Shown here: positions 40,671-49,235 of the stretch, piece after piece
Position numbering within the stretch: position 1 is the first letter of the stretch
How the letters are laid out: each line of letters begins with the position of its first letter
Source of the DNA: Phycisphaeraceae bacterium
GTDB taxonomy: Bacteria; Planctomycetota; Phycisphaerae; Phycisphaerales; Phycisphaeraceae
Length of the DNA stretch: 64,000 bases
Assembly (NCBI GenBank): GCA_963674705.1
Contig: OY771506.1
Coordinates: 1,344,001 to 1,408,000 of the forward strand
Reading direction: 5' to 3'
Notes under the pieces: model-generated
The model's input: the letters and a program-made list of their open reading frames with translations, nothing else
What the model was told of the DNA's origin: nothing
Databases searched by the model: none
Translations under genes and position numbers: made by a program

Positions 40671-41767
40671 GCCGCCCCCCTGCGCTTACGCTTCTTCAGT
40701 AGGTCACTGTCGCGCAAAGCCAGACCGATCGCCACGCCCCACCCGGCCCAGTTGTCCGGCCCACCGACCTCTGAATGCACGGCACTCAGGTCGAGATTCG
40801 ATAGCGGATCATTGGTTGTTGGCTTGAGCCCGACATCTTCACACAGCCGTGCCCACAGCCAGGTGTTGCTCGACTCGCCGCCGACCACCCAAGCCTCTTC
40901 CGGGCGTCGTCCACGGAAGGTCACGCTGTAATAGCGCATGCACAGGCCGATCTCACGCGACAGGTCTTCGACGATCGGCCCCATCGCGGCACTGATCTGT
41001 GATTCGTGAGTTGGATCCATCTGGCTGTTCAGCCATTCACGGCGTGCCTCGGCCGCCGCCGAGGTGGGCAGTTGCAGCTTCGACGCCAACGCCTCATCCA
41101 TGTGGCGGCCACCGATCTCGATGTGCTTGAAGAAGCATATCCGTGATCCGCGCGTCATCAGCACTTTGGTGCCGTTGTAGCCCACGTCGATCACCACACG
41201 AACCGGCAAGTCTTCTTCATCATTGGGCAGCGCCTGTTCGATACAGCGTGCCAATGCATTAGGCACCGCGTCGATCGCCAGCAACTCCAGGTCGCACGAT
41301 CGGAAAGCTTGAATGTGATTCTCTATGAAGTTTCTGGATGCGGCGAGCAGGATCACCTCTTGCCGCTTTTCCTGGCCTTGCAGGACTTCACCGGCGTCGA
41401 TGAATTGCACATCCATCGCCTCGCCGCTGAACTTCAGGCGTTCTGTGGCTTCCCACTGGACAGCCGATGCCAACTCATCGTACGGCATCTTCGGCAGGCG
41501 GATGTTCTTGTAAAGCAGTTTGGCGGCGGGTAAGCAACTGACGACACGGTTACCCCGGAACTGGCTCGATGAAAGCATGTCCCGGATCGCTGTGGCAACC
41601 TCTTCAGTATCGGTTTCGCCGGTTGCCCCGTGTCCGAGTGTGCGCGAAGCGGCAGCTATCGCGATCGCTTGATCCGACTCGCGTCTGAACTGGATCATCC
41701 GAATCGTGTGGTCCCCGACATCCACACCGATCGGGCTGCAACTGGATTTTCTGCCTCCTCCGAACAA
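40667..41767 (-). CDS. pilM: PilM actin-like protein
   Basis: IGVDVG, VIDVG, IGGRHMD, VGGES and VAIGLALR motifs. Confidence 0.88.
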   Translation of the reverse strand: MFGGGRKSSCSPIGVDVGDHTIRMIQFRRESDQAIAIAAASRTLGHGATGETDTEEVATAIRDMLSSSQFRGNRVVSCLPAAKLLYKNIRLPKMPYDELASAVQWEATERLKFSGEAMDVQFIDAGEVLQGQEKRQEVILLAASRNFIENHIQAFRSCDLELLAIDAVPNALARCIEQALPNDEEDLPVRVVIDVGYNGTKVLMTRGSRICFFKHIEIGGRHMDEALASKLQLPTSAAAEARREWLNSQMDPTHESQISAAMGPIVEDLSREIGLCMRYYSVTFRGRRPEEAWVVGGESSNTWLWARLCEDVGLKPTTNDPLSNLDLSAVHSEVGGPDNWAGWGVAIGLALRDSDLLKKRKRRGAA

Positions 41768-41788
41768 CGCTTCCTCTCTATTCTCTGG

Positions 41789-42298
41789 TCAGATCCGTTC
41801 GACCGTCACCCTCCCGGTAAAGGCCGCAACCGTTACACGGTACTGCTCGCCCTTGTACTCAATCACAACGGTCCCGCCGTTACTGGGACCGCCCAGCGCA
41901 TCAAACTCAAGCGTCGATGAGCCGTTAAAATCCGCGGACACGATCTCGACGCCCTGGAACCGGTCGTCCGTCGTGAAGTCCACGATGTAGTTATTGCTGG
42001 ACCCGTTTTTCCACCTGACGGTCAGGATGCTGTCTGACTCGTCGGTTAACGCGTAGCTCTCGGTGGCCGGATCGAAGACGACCTTTCGCACACCTTGGCG
42101 TGCGATGGCGTCGTTTTGCGCGTAAAGGATGTCCGCTACGATGATGCGGGCCGCGGCCTGCACGCCCAATGTCCCCGCAGACAGCATGTGAGGTACGATC
42201 ATCGCCGAGGCGATCCCCAGGATCGCCACAACGATCAATACCTCGACCAGCGTATAGCCGGTTCGGTTACGGGTTGGCTTGGATCGTACTTCGTGCAT
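41789..42298 (-). CDS. Minor pilin / GspH-FimT-like
   Basis: G|YTLVEVLIVVAILG class III signal; TGRV C-terminus. Confidence 0.85.
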   Translation of the reverse strand: MHEVRSKPTRNRTGYTLVEVLIVVAILGIASAMIVPHMLSAGTLGVQAAARIIVADILYAQNDAIARQGVRKVVFDPATESYALTDESDSILTVRWKNGSSNNYIVDFTTDDRFQGVEIVSADFNGSSTLEFDALGGPSNGGTVVIEYKGEQYRVTVAAFTGRVTVERI

Positions 42299-42319
42299 CA
42301 CAACATCAACTCCCACGTA

Positions 42320-42343
42320 AGCCCACGTTCAACGAACGTGGGC
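42320..42343. repeat. REP-like palindrome GCCCACGTTC..GAACGTGGGC
   Basis: Second copy at 58025-58053. Confidence 0.75.
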
Positions 42344-42367
42344 CTCGGAGTTAAACAACACTTTGAA

Positions 42368-42649
42368 TTACTGCTGCTCTTGGGGCTGCGAACCCGCTTC
42401 CAGGCGGACACGCGCCGTACCGTTCTTAAACATTGCCTTGACTTCACCGACTTCGGTTCGGACCTGGTTGACCGCATCGACGATTTGCTTACGCTGCTGC
42501 GCCGCGTTGGCGATGCCTTGGGCGTTTGCTTCCGTGGCAACGGACAACGTCTCGCCGCCGGGCGTGATCGACCACATCGTCCAGACGTTTACGGTAAGCA
42601 GGACCGCGATCACCGTCAGGATCGTGTTCAGGTATCGCAAAGACTTCAT
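42368..42649 (-). CDS. Small membrane-anchored protein in the pilus cluster
   Basis: GGAG/AAGGA RBS, one TM segment, coiled coil. Confidence 0.7.
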   Translation of the reverse strand: MKSLRYLNTILTVIAVLLTVNVWTMWSITPGGETLSVATEANAQGIANAAQQRKQIVDAVNQVRTEVGEVKAMFKNGTARVRLEAGSQPQEQQ

Positions 42650-42790
42650 ATTCCTTCTCCTTCGTGCAGGGAGAAATAGCTCCCATGACGGATAGATCGG
42701 TCAGAAAAAGTTCAGACTGAGGTTCGGCCGGGGATTCACCGATACTTTTTCCGGCGACTTATCGGCCTGTGACGGCTGCGGAAAGTCCGA

Positions 42791-43282
42791 TCACGGATAC
42801 GTACGAACATCTTTAGTCGTATCCAGGTCAACCTCGGCAGCCTTGGCGGCGGAAATGACACCGTAGACGGTGTGTGTTGCTTCGTCGTAAACCCAACCCA
42901 CGCCGGGCGCGGCGGTGTCGGCGACCGTCTCGCTGTTTTCAAATGGGTTGACGGGCATCTTCAGGATGTAGGGACCGAAGTCCGTACCCGGGTTGCCGTT
43001 CTTATCGGTCTGGCTTGTCAGCACGTTCCATGCGTTGCTTAGTTGTGCCAGCGTGGGATACGTGCTGTCGTGATGTGCGTGATACAGTTCGATCTGTGCG
43101 CGAATGGTATGAAGTGAGGTCTTCATGTTGCTGGAACGCGCCGATTGCGATGCATTGGCAAACTGTGGGACGACCAGCGCAGCGAGGATACCCAGGATCA
43201 CAACAACGATAAGGATTTCGACCAAGGTGAAGGCGCGATTATGCTTCCGTGCATTTACTACATGTGACCGTTGTTTTTCCAT
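42791..43282 (-). CDS. Type IV pilin / GspG-like pseudopilin
   Basis: A|FTLVEILIVVVILG; GPY..P.NPF motif. Confidence 0.88.
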   Translation of the reverse strand: MEKQRSHVVNARKHNRAFTLVEILIVVVILGILAALVVPQFANASQSARSSNMKTSLHTIRAQIELYHAHHDSTYPTLAQLSNAWNVLTSQTDKNGNPGTDFGPYILKMPVNPFENSETVADTAAPGVGWVYDEATHTVYGVISAAKAAEVDLDTTKDVRTYP

Positions 43283-43330
43283 CGTTAGGGTCTCCTAGGC
43301 CGAACGCCTCCAACTTCGCGCTTTTCCCTG

Positions 43331-43362
43331 AAAAACACCGCCGCGGCTGTCAGGCCGCGGCG
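43331..43362 (-). terminator. Terminator/attenuator after the major pilin
   Basis: CGCCGCGGC..GCCGCGGCG stem followed by T run on the minus strand. Confidence 0.75.
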
Positions 43363-43391
43363 ATGGATAAAATCAGTTGGGTAAGTTCAGA

Positions 43392-43916
43392 TTACGGGCC
43401 CTGAACAACGTCAGAGTTCTCGGTCAGCGCTTCGTCAGCCGCGGTACCCAGACCCAGCTCTTCGAGCTGATCCCACTTGCCGGAGGGGATGATGGCCTTG
43501 ATTTCGCCGGTCGCGGCGGTGTAACGCCAGGCACCGGTGTTGTCGGCTGCGACGGCGGTGTTGCTGCCACTGGGCAGGAACGAGTTGACAGGGGCCTGCT
43601 GCAGGTACGGGCCGAAGTCGGTGCCGGCGGTGTCGCCGTCAACGTCGGTCGTCAAGGTCAGGGCTGACCAGTCGCTGGTGTCACCGGCGGTGGCGGCTAC
43701 GCCGGCATCGGGGTAGTCACCGTTGTGCTGTACCTGGTACAGCTCAAGCTGGCTGCGGATGGTCTGGAGTTGGCCGGCCATGCTGGATGCCTTGGCCGAT
43801 TCAGATGCACTTGTGAACTGAGGGATTACGATCGCGGCTAAGATGCCGAGAATCACGACGACGATCAGGATTTCGACCAGGGTGAAGCCCCGGGCCACTC
43901 GTTTACGTGCCAACAT
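43392..43916 (-). CDS. Probable major type IV pilin
   Basis: G|FTLVEILIVVVILG; AGGAG RBS; first gene of the cluster with its own terminator. Confidence 0.9.
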   Translation of the reverse strand: MLARKRVARGFTLVEILIVVVILGILAAIVIPQFTSASESAKASSMAGQLQTIRSQLELYQVQHNGDYPDAGVAATAGDTSDWSALTLTTDVDGDTAGTDFGPYLQQAPVNSFLPSGSNTAVAADNTGAWRYTAATGEIKAIIPSGKWDQLEELGLGTAADEALTENSDVVQGP

Positions 43917-44261
43917 GGATACTCTCCTAAACCTAAAGGTTCAACCAAAACCCACTTGCTCATGAGCCCCACGCGGGCCCGGGTGTGTTCGGTAACAATC
44001 TTGTTTTCAATCCCCCATCCGTGGGCCGGTCAAACCTCTACTCGGTTCGACCTGTCATCCAATCGTCCAGTAATCGCGGCGACTTAACTCCTGATAACCG
44101 GGATTCGCTTCTTCGATCCGCGGCCGGGCTGAGTCACCCTTCCAACGATCAACGAAACGATTCAGGCAAACAAAAGGCAATCCGTATGTTCACTTTTTCC
44201 CACCCCGCACAGCCCGATAGCATCAACTTGACGGCATAACCGGTACAGGTTGACGGAAGGG

Positions 44262-44306
44262 GAAAGCTGGAACGCAGAAAAACAGGAAAACAGAAAAGCA
44301 GAAAAT
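44262..44306 (+). repeat. 8-bp tandem array (RAAARCAG) x5 + AAAAT, solo arm
   Basis: gaaagctg gaacgcag aaaaacag gaaaacag aaaagcag aaaat. Confidence 0.9.
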
Positions 44307-44421
44307 AAGAAGCATGTTTGGGCGCAAATACATATAGCCCGACCATCCTGGTCGGGTTGCCTTGCTTTTTTCTCATTTGGTCAACAACTCAAGCCCCGAC
44401 ATCGGCCGAGATTGGGTTGAT

Positions 44422-44850
44422 TTATTCAGACTCGATCTTGTTCAGATGCGCCAGCACCCGCGAAAAAAGCTCGCGTGCTTCGGGGAAGGTCAGCCGCTGC
44501 TTCACCTCGTCCGCGGCCAGCCACGCATAATCCTGTACCTCTTCCGGCTGCACTTCTACCTTCGGATCATCCACCCGCCCCAGAAAAAATGTCACCGTCT
44601 TGTCGACACGCTTGCCCTTCTTATTGATAAACGCATAACGCTCAATAAAAAGCTCGTTGCCGATCAATTCACAGGACGTAATCCCGGCTTCTTCGCCCAG
44701 TTCGCGCAAAGCGGTTTCTGTCGGTGTCTCACCCGAATCCGCGTGCCCCTTCGGGAACCCCCAGTGCCCTTTTTTTTGATGAACGAGAAGAAATCGACGT
44801 GTGCCGTTGTCGTTGTGGATCGGGATGATGCCGAAGGATGCGTCTTGCAT
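44422..44850 (-). CDS. NUDIX hydrolase, Ap4A hydrolase-like
   Basis: HWGFPKGH..GE..TALRELGEEAG Nudix box; KTVTFF. Confidence 0.92.
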   Translation of the reverse strand: MQDASFGIIPIHNDNGTRRFLLVHQKKGHWGFPKGHADSGETPTETALRELGEEAGITSCELIGNELFIERYAFINKKGKRVDKTVTFFLGRVDDPKVEVQPEEVQDYAWLAADEVKQRLTFPEARELFSRVLAHLNKIESE

Positions 44851-44852
44851 AG

Positions 44853-44889
44853 TAAAACAGAAAAGCAGGAAAACAGAAAAGCAGAAAAT
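44853..44889 (+). repeat. 8-bp tandem array, 3' arm of the four-helix-bundle cassette
   Basis: taaaacag aaaagcag gaaaacag aaaagcag aaaat. Confidence 0.92.
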
Positions 44890-45257
44890 TAAGACTGGGG
44901 TTTGCGTTTGGTACGAGCGATCATAGTTTTCATGATCGCCAATAATTCCTTGGATTCGCCGAGTAAAGGTGCGAGACGTTCTTCAGTGAAGTATCCCTGT
45001 TTCACCATGACACGTAGCCAGAACGTGGTTTCATGAAGTTCTTTTGTTGCAATTCCTACGCATTTTACAAAGTCGGCCCGGCTCATCGCTTCGTGAGCCT
45101 CGAACAGGTTCGCACCGACTGACGTTCCGCTGCCGATTAATTGATCGATAACACGGCGAGGTCGGCCATCGGTTTCTAATTGCTCGGCTAAATTCAAAAT
45201 TCTACGGCCGTATTCCACTGCTCGATCAAGCATTTCATCCCGTAGCCTCCCGGACAT
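44889..45257 (-). CDS. Four helix bundle protein (23S rRNA IVS protein-like family)
   Basis: DQLIGSGTSVGANLFEA, SRADF and KELHETTFWL signature; AGGAGG RBS; lower GC than neighbours. Confidence 0.92.
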   Translation of the reverse strand: MSGRLRDEMLDRAVEYGRRILNLAEQLETDGRPRRVIDQLIGSGTSVGANLFEAHEAMSRADFVKCVGIATKELHETTFWLRVMVKQGYFTEERLAPLLGESKELLAIMKTMIARTKRKPQS

Positions 45258-45267
45258 AACGCCTCCT

Positions 45268-45313
45268 ATTTTCTGCTTTTCTGCTTTTCTGTTTTTCCTG
45301 CTTTTCTGCTTTT
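45268..45313 (-). repeat. 8-bp tandem array, 5' arm of the cassette (inverted relative to 44853-44889)
   Basis: atttt ctgctttt ctgctttt ctgttttt c ctgctttt ctgctttt. Confidence 0.92.
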
Positions 45314-47102
45314 ACTCGCCCGTATCCAGTACAGCCATGAACGCTTCCTGCGGGATATCCACCGTCCCCACGCGTTTCATCCGCTCTTTGCCCTTCTTTT
45401 GCTTCTCCAAGAGTTTTCGCTTTCGGGTCACGTCGCCGCCGTAGCACTTTGCCGTGACGTTCTTGCCGACGCTCTTAATGGTCTCGCGGGCGATGATCTT
45501 GCCGCCGATCGCGGCTTGCAGGGGGATCTCGAACAGGTGTTTGTCGATCTGCTTCTTGAGCTTCATCAGTAGTGCCCTGCCACGCTGCTCTGCTTTTTCG
45601 CGGTGCACGATGACCGACAGCGCATCGACGGGCGTACCGTTGACGAGGATGTCCATCTTCACGAGGTTCTCTTTCGAGAAGCCTTTGAGGTGATAGTCCA
45701 TCGTGCCGTAGCCGCTGGTGATGCTCTTGAGCTTGTCGTAGAAGTCGTAAATGATTTCCGCCAGGGGCAGGTCGTATTCGAGGATCTGCCTGGTTTCAGA
45801 CAGGAACTGCTGCTTCTGGTACACGCCACGCCGGTTGCCACAGAGTTTCATCAATTCGCCGATCGAGTCCTTCGGCGTGATGATCTCGACCTGCACCATC
45901 GGCTCGCGTATTTCACGCACCTGCGACATGTCGGGCAGGTCGGCCGGGTTGGTGATCTGCATCACCTCGCCGTCGCTTTTGAGAATCTCATACGTCACGG
46001 TCGGCGCGGTCTGAACGATGGTGACCTTGCCTTCTCGCTCGAGACGTTCCTGGATGATGTCCATATGGAGCATGCCGAGGAACCCGCAGCGGAAACCGAA
46101 ACCCAGCGCCTCACTACTGGTCGGTTGATACGTAAAGCTCGCATCGTTGATATGCAGCCTGCTGATCGCGTCGCGCAGCTCGTCAAACTCGGTATCACCC
46201 GACGGGTAGAAGTCGCAGAACACCATCGGCATGGGTTCTTTGTAGCCCGGCAGGGGCTTGTCGGCCGGGTGCAACTCGCGCGTGATCGTGTCGCCGATGT
46301 TCACATCATCCAGCGTCTTGATATTCGCGACGAAGTACCCCACTTCACCAGCCTTCATCGGCTGCTTATAAGCCGTCATCTTCGGCGTGAACTTGCCGAC
46401 CTCCGTGATGATAAAACTGCGGCCGGTGCCCATCATCAGGATCTTGTCGCCGGCAGTGAGTTGGCCGTTGAAGATACGGAAGTACACCACGACGCCACGG
46501 TAGTCGTCGTAAATCGCGTCGAAGATTAGCGCCTGTGTCTTGGCGCCCGGATCGCCCCCCGGTGCCGGCAGCTTTCTACAGATCGCATCAAGTAGTTCAT
46601 GCACGCCCTGCCCGCTCTTGGCTGAGCAGAAGATGCACTCGTCGGCGGGCAGACCAAGAATGTGCTCCGTCTCCAGCGCGATCTCCTCCGGACGTGCGGC
46701 CGGCAGGTCGATCTTGTTGATGACGGTGATGATCTCAAGGTTCGCGTCCACAGCCATGTACGCATTCGCGACCGTCTGTGCCTCCACGCCCTGGCTGGCA
46801 TCGACCACCAGGACCGCCCCTTCGCATGCGGTCAACGCCCGGGAAACCTCATAGTGGAAGTCCACGTGACCCGGCGTGTCGATGAAGTTGAGCATGAAGT
46901 CTTTGCCATCACACTTATGGTTCACCGTGACGGCCGAGGCCTTGATCGTGATGCCCCGTTCACGCTCCAGATCCATATCGTCCAGCGTCTGCTCGCGGGC
47001 CTCCCGGTCACTGACCGCACCGGTCCCCTGGAGCATACGGTCGGCCAGCGTGCTCTTGCCGTGATCTATGTGTGCAATAATGCAGAAGTTACGGATTTCC
47101 AT
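45312..47102 (-). CDS. lepA: Elongation factor 4
   Basis: IAHIDHGKSTLADR, DTPGHVDF, GFRCGFLG and KCYGGD..RKRKLLEKQK motifs. Confidence 0.98.
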   Translation of the reverse strand: MEIRNFCIIAHIDHGKSTLADRMLQGTGAVSDREAREQTLDDMDLERERGITIKASAVTVNHKCDGKDFMLNFIDTPGHVDFHYEVSRALTACEGAVLVVDASQGVEAQTVANAYMAVDANLEIITVINKIDLPAARPEEIALETEHILGLPADECIFCSAKSGQGVHELLDAICRKLPAPGGDPGAKTQALIFDAIYDDYRGVVVYFRIFNGQLTAGDKILMMGTGRSFIITEVGKFTPKMTAYKQPMKAGEVGYFVANIKTLDDVNIGDTITRELHPADKPLPGYKEPMPMVFCDFYPSGDTEFDELRDAISRLHINDASFTYQPTSSEALGFGFRCGFLGMLHMDIIQERLEREGKVTIVQTAPTVTYEILKSDGEVMQITNPADLPDMSQVREIREPMVQVEIITPKDSIGELMKLCGNRRGVYQKQQFLSETRQILEYDLPLAEIIYDFYDKLKSITSGYGTMDYHLKGFSKENLVKMDILVNGTPVDALSVIVHREKAEQRGRALLMKLKKQIDKHLFEIPLQAAIGGKIIARETIKSVGKNVTAKCYGGDVTRKRKLLEKQKKGKERMKRVGTVDIPQEAFMAVLDTGE

Positions 47103-47127
47103 AGGTTTCGGTCATCTATTCATTGGT

Positions 47128-47154
47128 AATAGCCCCTCGCGGAAGCGTGGGGTT
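47128..47154. repeat. REP-like palindrome
   Basis: Matches 17252-17278. Confidence 0.7.
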
Positions 47155-47204
47155 CGCCAAAGGCTTGAGCCACACATTCTAGCAGGCCCGGGCTAATAAG
47201 TCGG

Positions 47205-47816
47205 CTACCCACCGGCCCGGCAGGTCTGTTCCAGCAGATCGCACTCCGCCTTGCTCGCCCCTGCCTCTAACAGATTGCTGCGCAGGTTCGCCAGCATCCG
47301 ATCGGTATCCTTCTGCCCACGGCTACGCCGCACCCCCACCACATCGATCAGCCAGGGTTTACCATCATCATCGACCACGACATTGCTGGCCTTGTGATCC
47401 CGGTTGAATAAACCTTTATACGCAAGCCGGCCGGTTAACTGCCCCACCGCGGTCATGAGCTGCATCCGTTTCTGCGGATCTGTCAATTCGCCGTGATGCA
47501 GCAGGTTGTACAGGCTTTTGCCCGTGTAAGGCGTGACCAGCCAGTACTTCCGCTTTGACACCCCCCCACCCACGATCGGCACGACCGCCAATCCCGCCGC
47601 TTTGAGCATCTCACAACACCGCCGCTCACGCTGCCCCGGGTGAATCCTCAGCATACACGCCAGCATCTGCTTGATCGGGCTGTACTCAAACCGCTTGACC
47701 ACGTACGCCCGCCCGCCCGGCGTATCGATCCGCCAGACCCGACTACGCCGATCCTGCTTGTACACCTGCGTCGGCTCAACCGAATCAAGCCAGCCTGGTT
47801 GGAATTCGCATGCCAT
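47205..47816 (-). CDS. Lipopolysaccharide kinase (Kdo/WaaP/InaA)-like protein
   Basis: YVVKR, RDHKASNVV and LID kinase-fold motifs; start uncertain. Confidence 0.7.
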   Translation of the reverse strand: MACEFQPGWLDSVEPTQVYKQDRRSRVWRIDTPGGRAYVVKRFEYSPIKQMLACMLRIHPGQRERRCCEMLKAAGLAVVPIVGGGVSKRKYWLVTPYTGKSLYNLLHHGELTDPQKRMQLMTAVGQLTGRLAYKGLFNRDHKASNVVVDDDGKPWLIDVVGVRRSRGQKDTDRMLANLRSNLLEAGASKAECDLLEQTCRAGG

Positions 47817-48007
47817 TATGGATGGTGTAGCCGGTTCGCGATGAACCCGCAACCCACAACCAACGGTAACGCAATACACCTGCCCCTTCGTACTTCCCTA
47901 GACATTCCACAACCATAAACCTCCCAATCCAAACAGCACGCCCTCGTGCAAACCGAATTAAATCCCGCCTGTTTCCTTTCATCATGCACCAGCAATATGC
48001 CGCAGGC

Positions 48008-48035
48008 TTGACAAACTTCGTATTTAGGCTAAATT
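48008..48035 (+). promoter_or_regulatory. Putative sigma70 promoter
   Basis: TTGACA-N16-TAAATT ending 8 nt before ATG 48044. Confidence 0.5.
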
Positions 48036-48043
48036 CTATCCTT

Positions 48044-48331
48044 ATGACAAGGCCATTACTGACCAACGAGGATCGGGCAGATGTGTTTCGGGGATTGGCA
48101 CATCCGATGCGGCGACAGGTCTTGTCCTTACTGAAACAAAAGGAACGTACGGTCGGTGAAATACTTGACCAGCTAGGTGGCCCCATCGCGATGCCTACAC
48201 TGTCCAGGCATCTTTCGATTCTCCGTGAGTCGGGTTTGGTCAAACAACAAAAAGAAGGTCACTGCCGAATCTATCGCCTCAACCGAGCCGGTTCACAACG
48301 GGCTATCAAGTGGCTCGGGCAGATGGTCTGA
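48044..48331 (+). CDS. ArsR/SmtB family transcriptional regulator
   Basis: F..LAHPMRR and LSRHL.ILR.SGLV motifs. Confidence 0.9.
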   Translation: MTRPLLTNEDRADVFRGLAHPMRRQVLSLLKQKERTVGEILDQLGGPIAMPTLSRHLSILRESGLVKQQKEGHCRIYRLNRAGSQRAIKWLGQMV

Positions 48332-48510
48332 AGAAGCGATCCCTCCGCCGCTAATCAAGAACTCGTCTCTATAGCAGTCTGAAGCGCACCTACATCACCC
48401 CACCCAGCAACCGTATTCTTCTCCCATATTTCTCACCCCATACCCCATACCCACATCCTTCTTCATCCCCGCTTTCGCATTAGTCTCCAATCTGTCACAA
48501 TGCTCCGCTC

Positions 48511-49221
48511 ATGGGTGATTACTGCATCAAAGACGGCTACGAACACCGCACGGTCAACGCGACGATCGAAGAGTCGGCCGGCGACTACTGGGACCCCAAA
48601 CGCCTGCGCTTAAGTAACTACGCGCAGTGGCATGCCTACAACCGTGCCGCGGAGTTGATCCGCCAGCACGACCTCAAGACCGTCCTCGATGTCGGCTGCG
48701 GCGTCGGGCACAAGCTGATGAACATGATCTCGCCGCTGGCGGAAGTCACCGGCGTCGAGCAGCCCACCGCCGCCGCCAAGGCCAAGGAGCTTTTCCCCCA
48801 AGGTAACTTCGTCAGCGCCGACCTCGAACGGCCGGATGAAACCGGCCTGGGCAAATTCGATCTGCTGCTATGCGTCGATGTCATTGAGCACCTGCTCGAT
48901 CCCGACATTCTCCTGCGCTTCATGCGATCGCACTGTCACGACAACTCGTACATGCTCATCTCCACGATCGAGCGTGATGTCCGCCGGGGTAAAGCCAACA
49001 CGAAGTCCACCAAGGCCGAACACGTCCGCGAGTGGAACCTTGATGAGTTCGGGCGTTACCTCACCAGCCAGGGCTTTGAAGTGATCGAGCACAGGACAGC
49101 TCCCGCGTTCAAGCTGGGTTTGTGGTGGCCGCTGATTAAAGACCGTTGGCGCCTGCTAAAAAAGGGTGTGAGTCTGAACTACAACCAGGTCGCGATCTGC
49201 CGGCCTGCCAAACAGGATTGA
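48511..49221 (+). CDS. Class I SAM-dependent methyltransferase
   Basis: VLDVGCGVG, DVIEHL and HVREW motifs. Confidence 0.9.
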   Translation: MGDYCIKDGYEHRTVNATIEESAGDYWDPKRLRLSNYAQWHAYNRAAELIRQHDLKTVLDVGCGVGHKLMNMISPLAEVTGVEQPTAAAKAKELFPQGNFVSADLERPDETGLGKFDLLLCVDVIEHLLDPDILLRFMRSHCHDNSYMLISTIERDVRRGKANTKSTKAEHVREWNLDEFGRYLTSQGFEVIEHRTAPAFKLGLWWPLIKDRWRLLKKGVSLNYNQVAICRPAKQD

Positions 49222-49235
49222 ACAGGGGAAACGCG

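Noticed and set aside
44770..44777. A8 run in NUDIX as a programmed frameshift
   Set aside because: The gene is complete in one frame (Gln-Lys-Lys codons) and there is no meaningful alternative-frame product.
42791..45257. Diversity-generating retroelement (Avd-like gene near pilins)
   Set aside because: No reverse transcriptase and no TR/VR pair differing only at adenines was seen in the window; the pilin similarity is ordinary paralogy.
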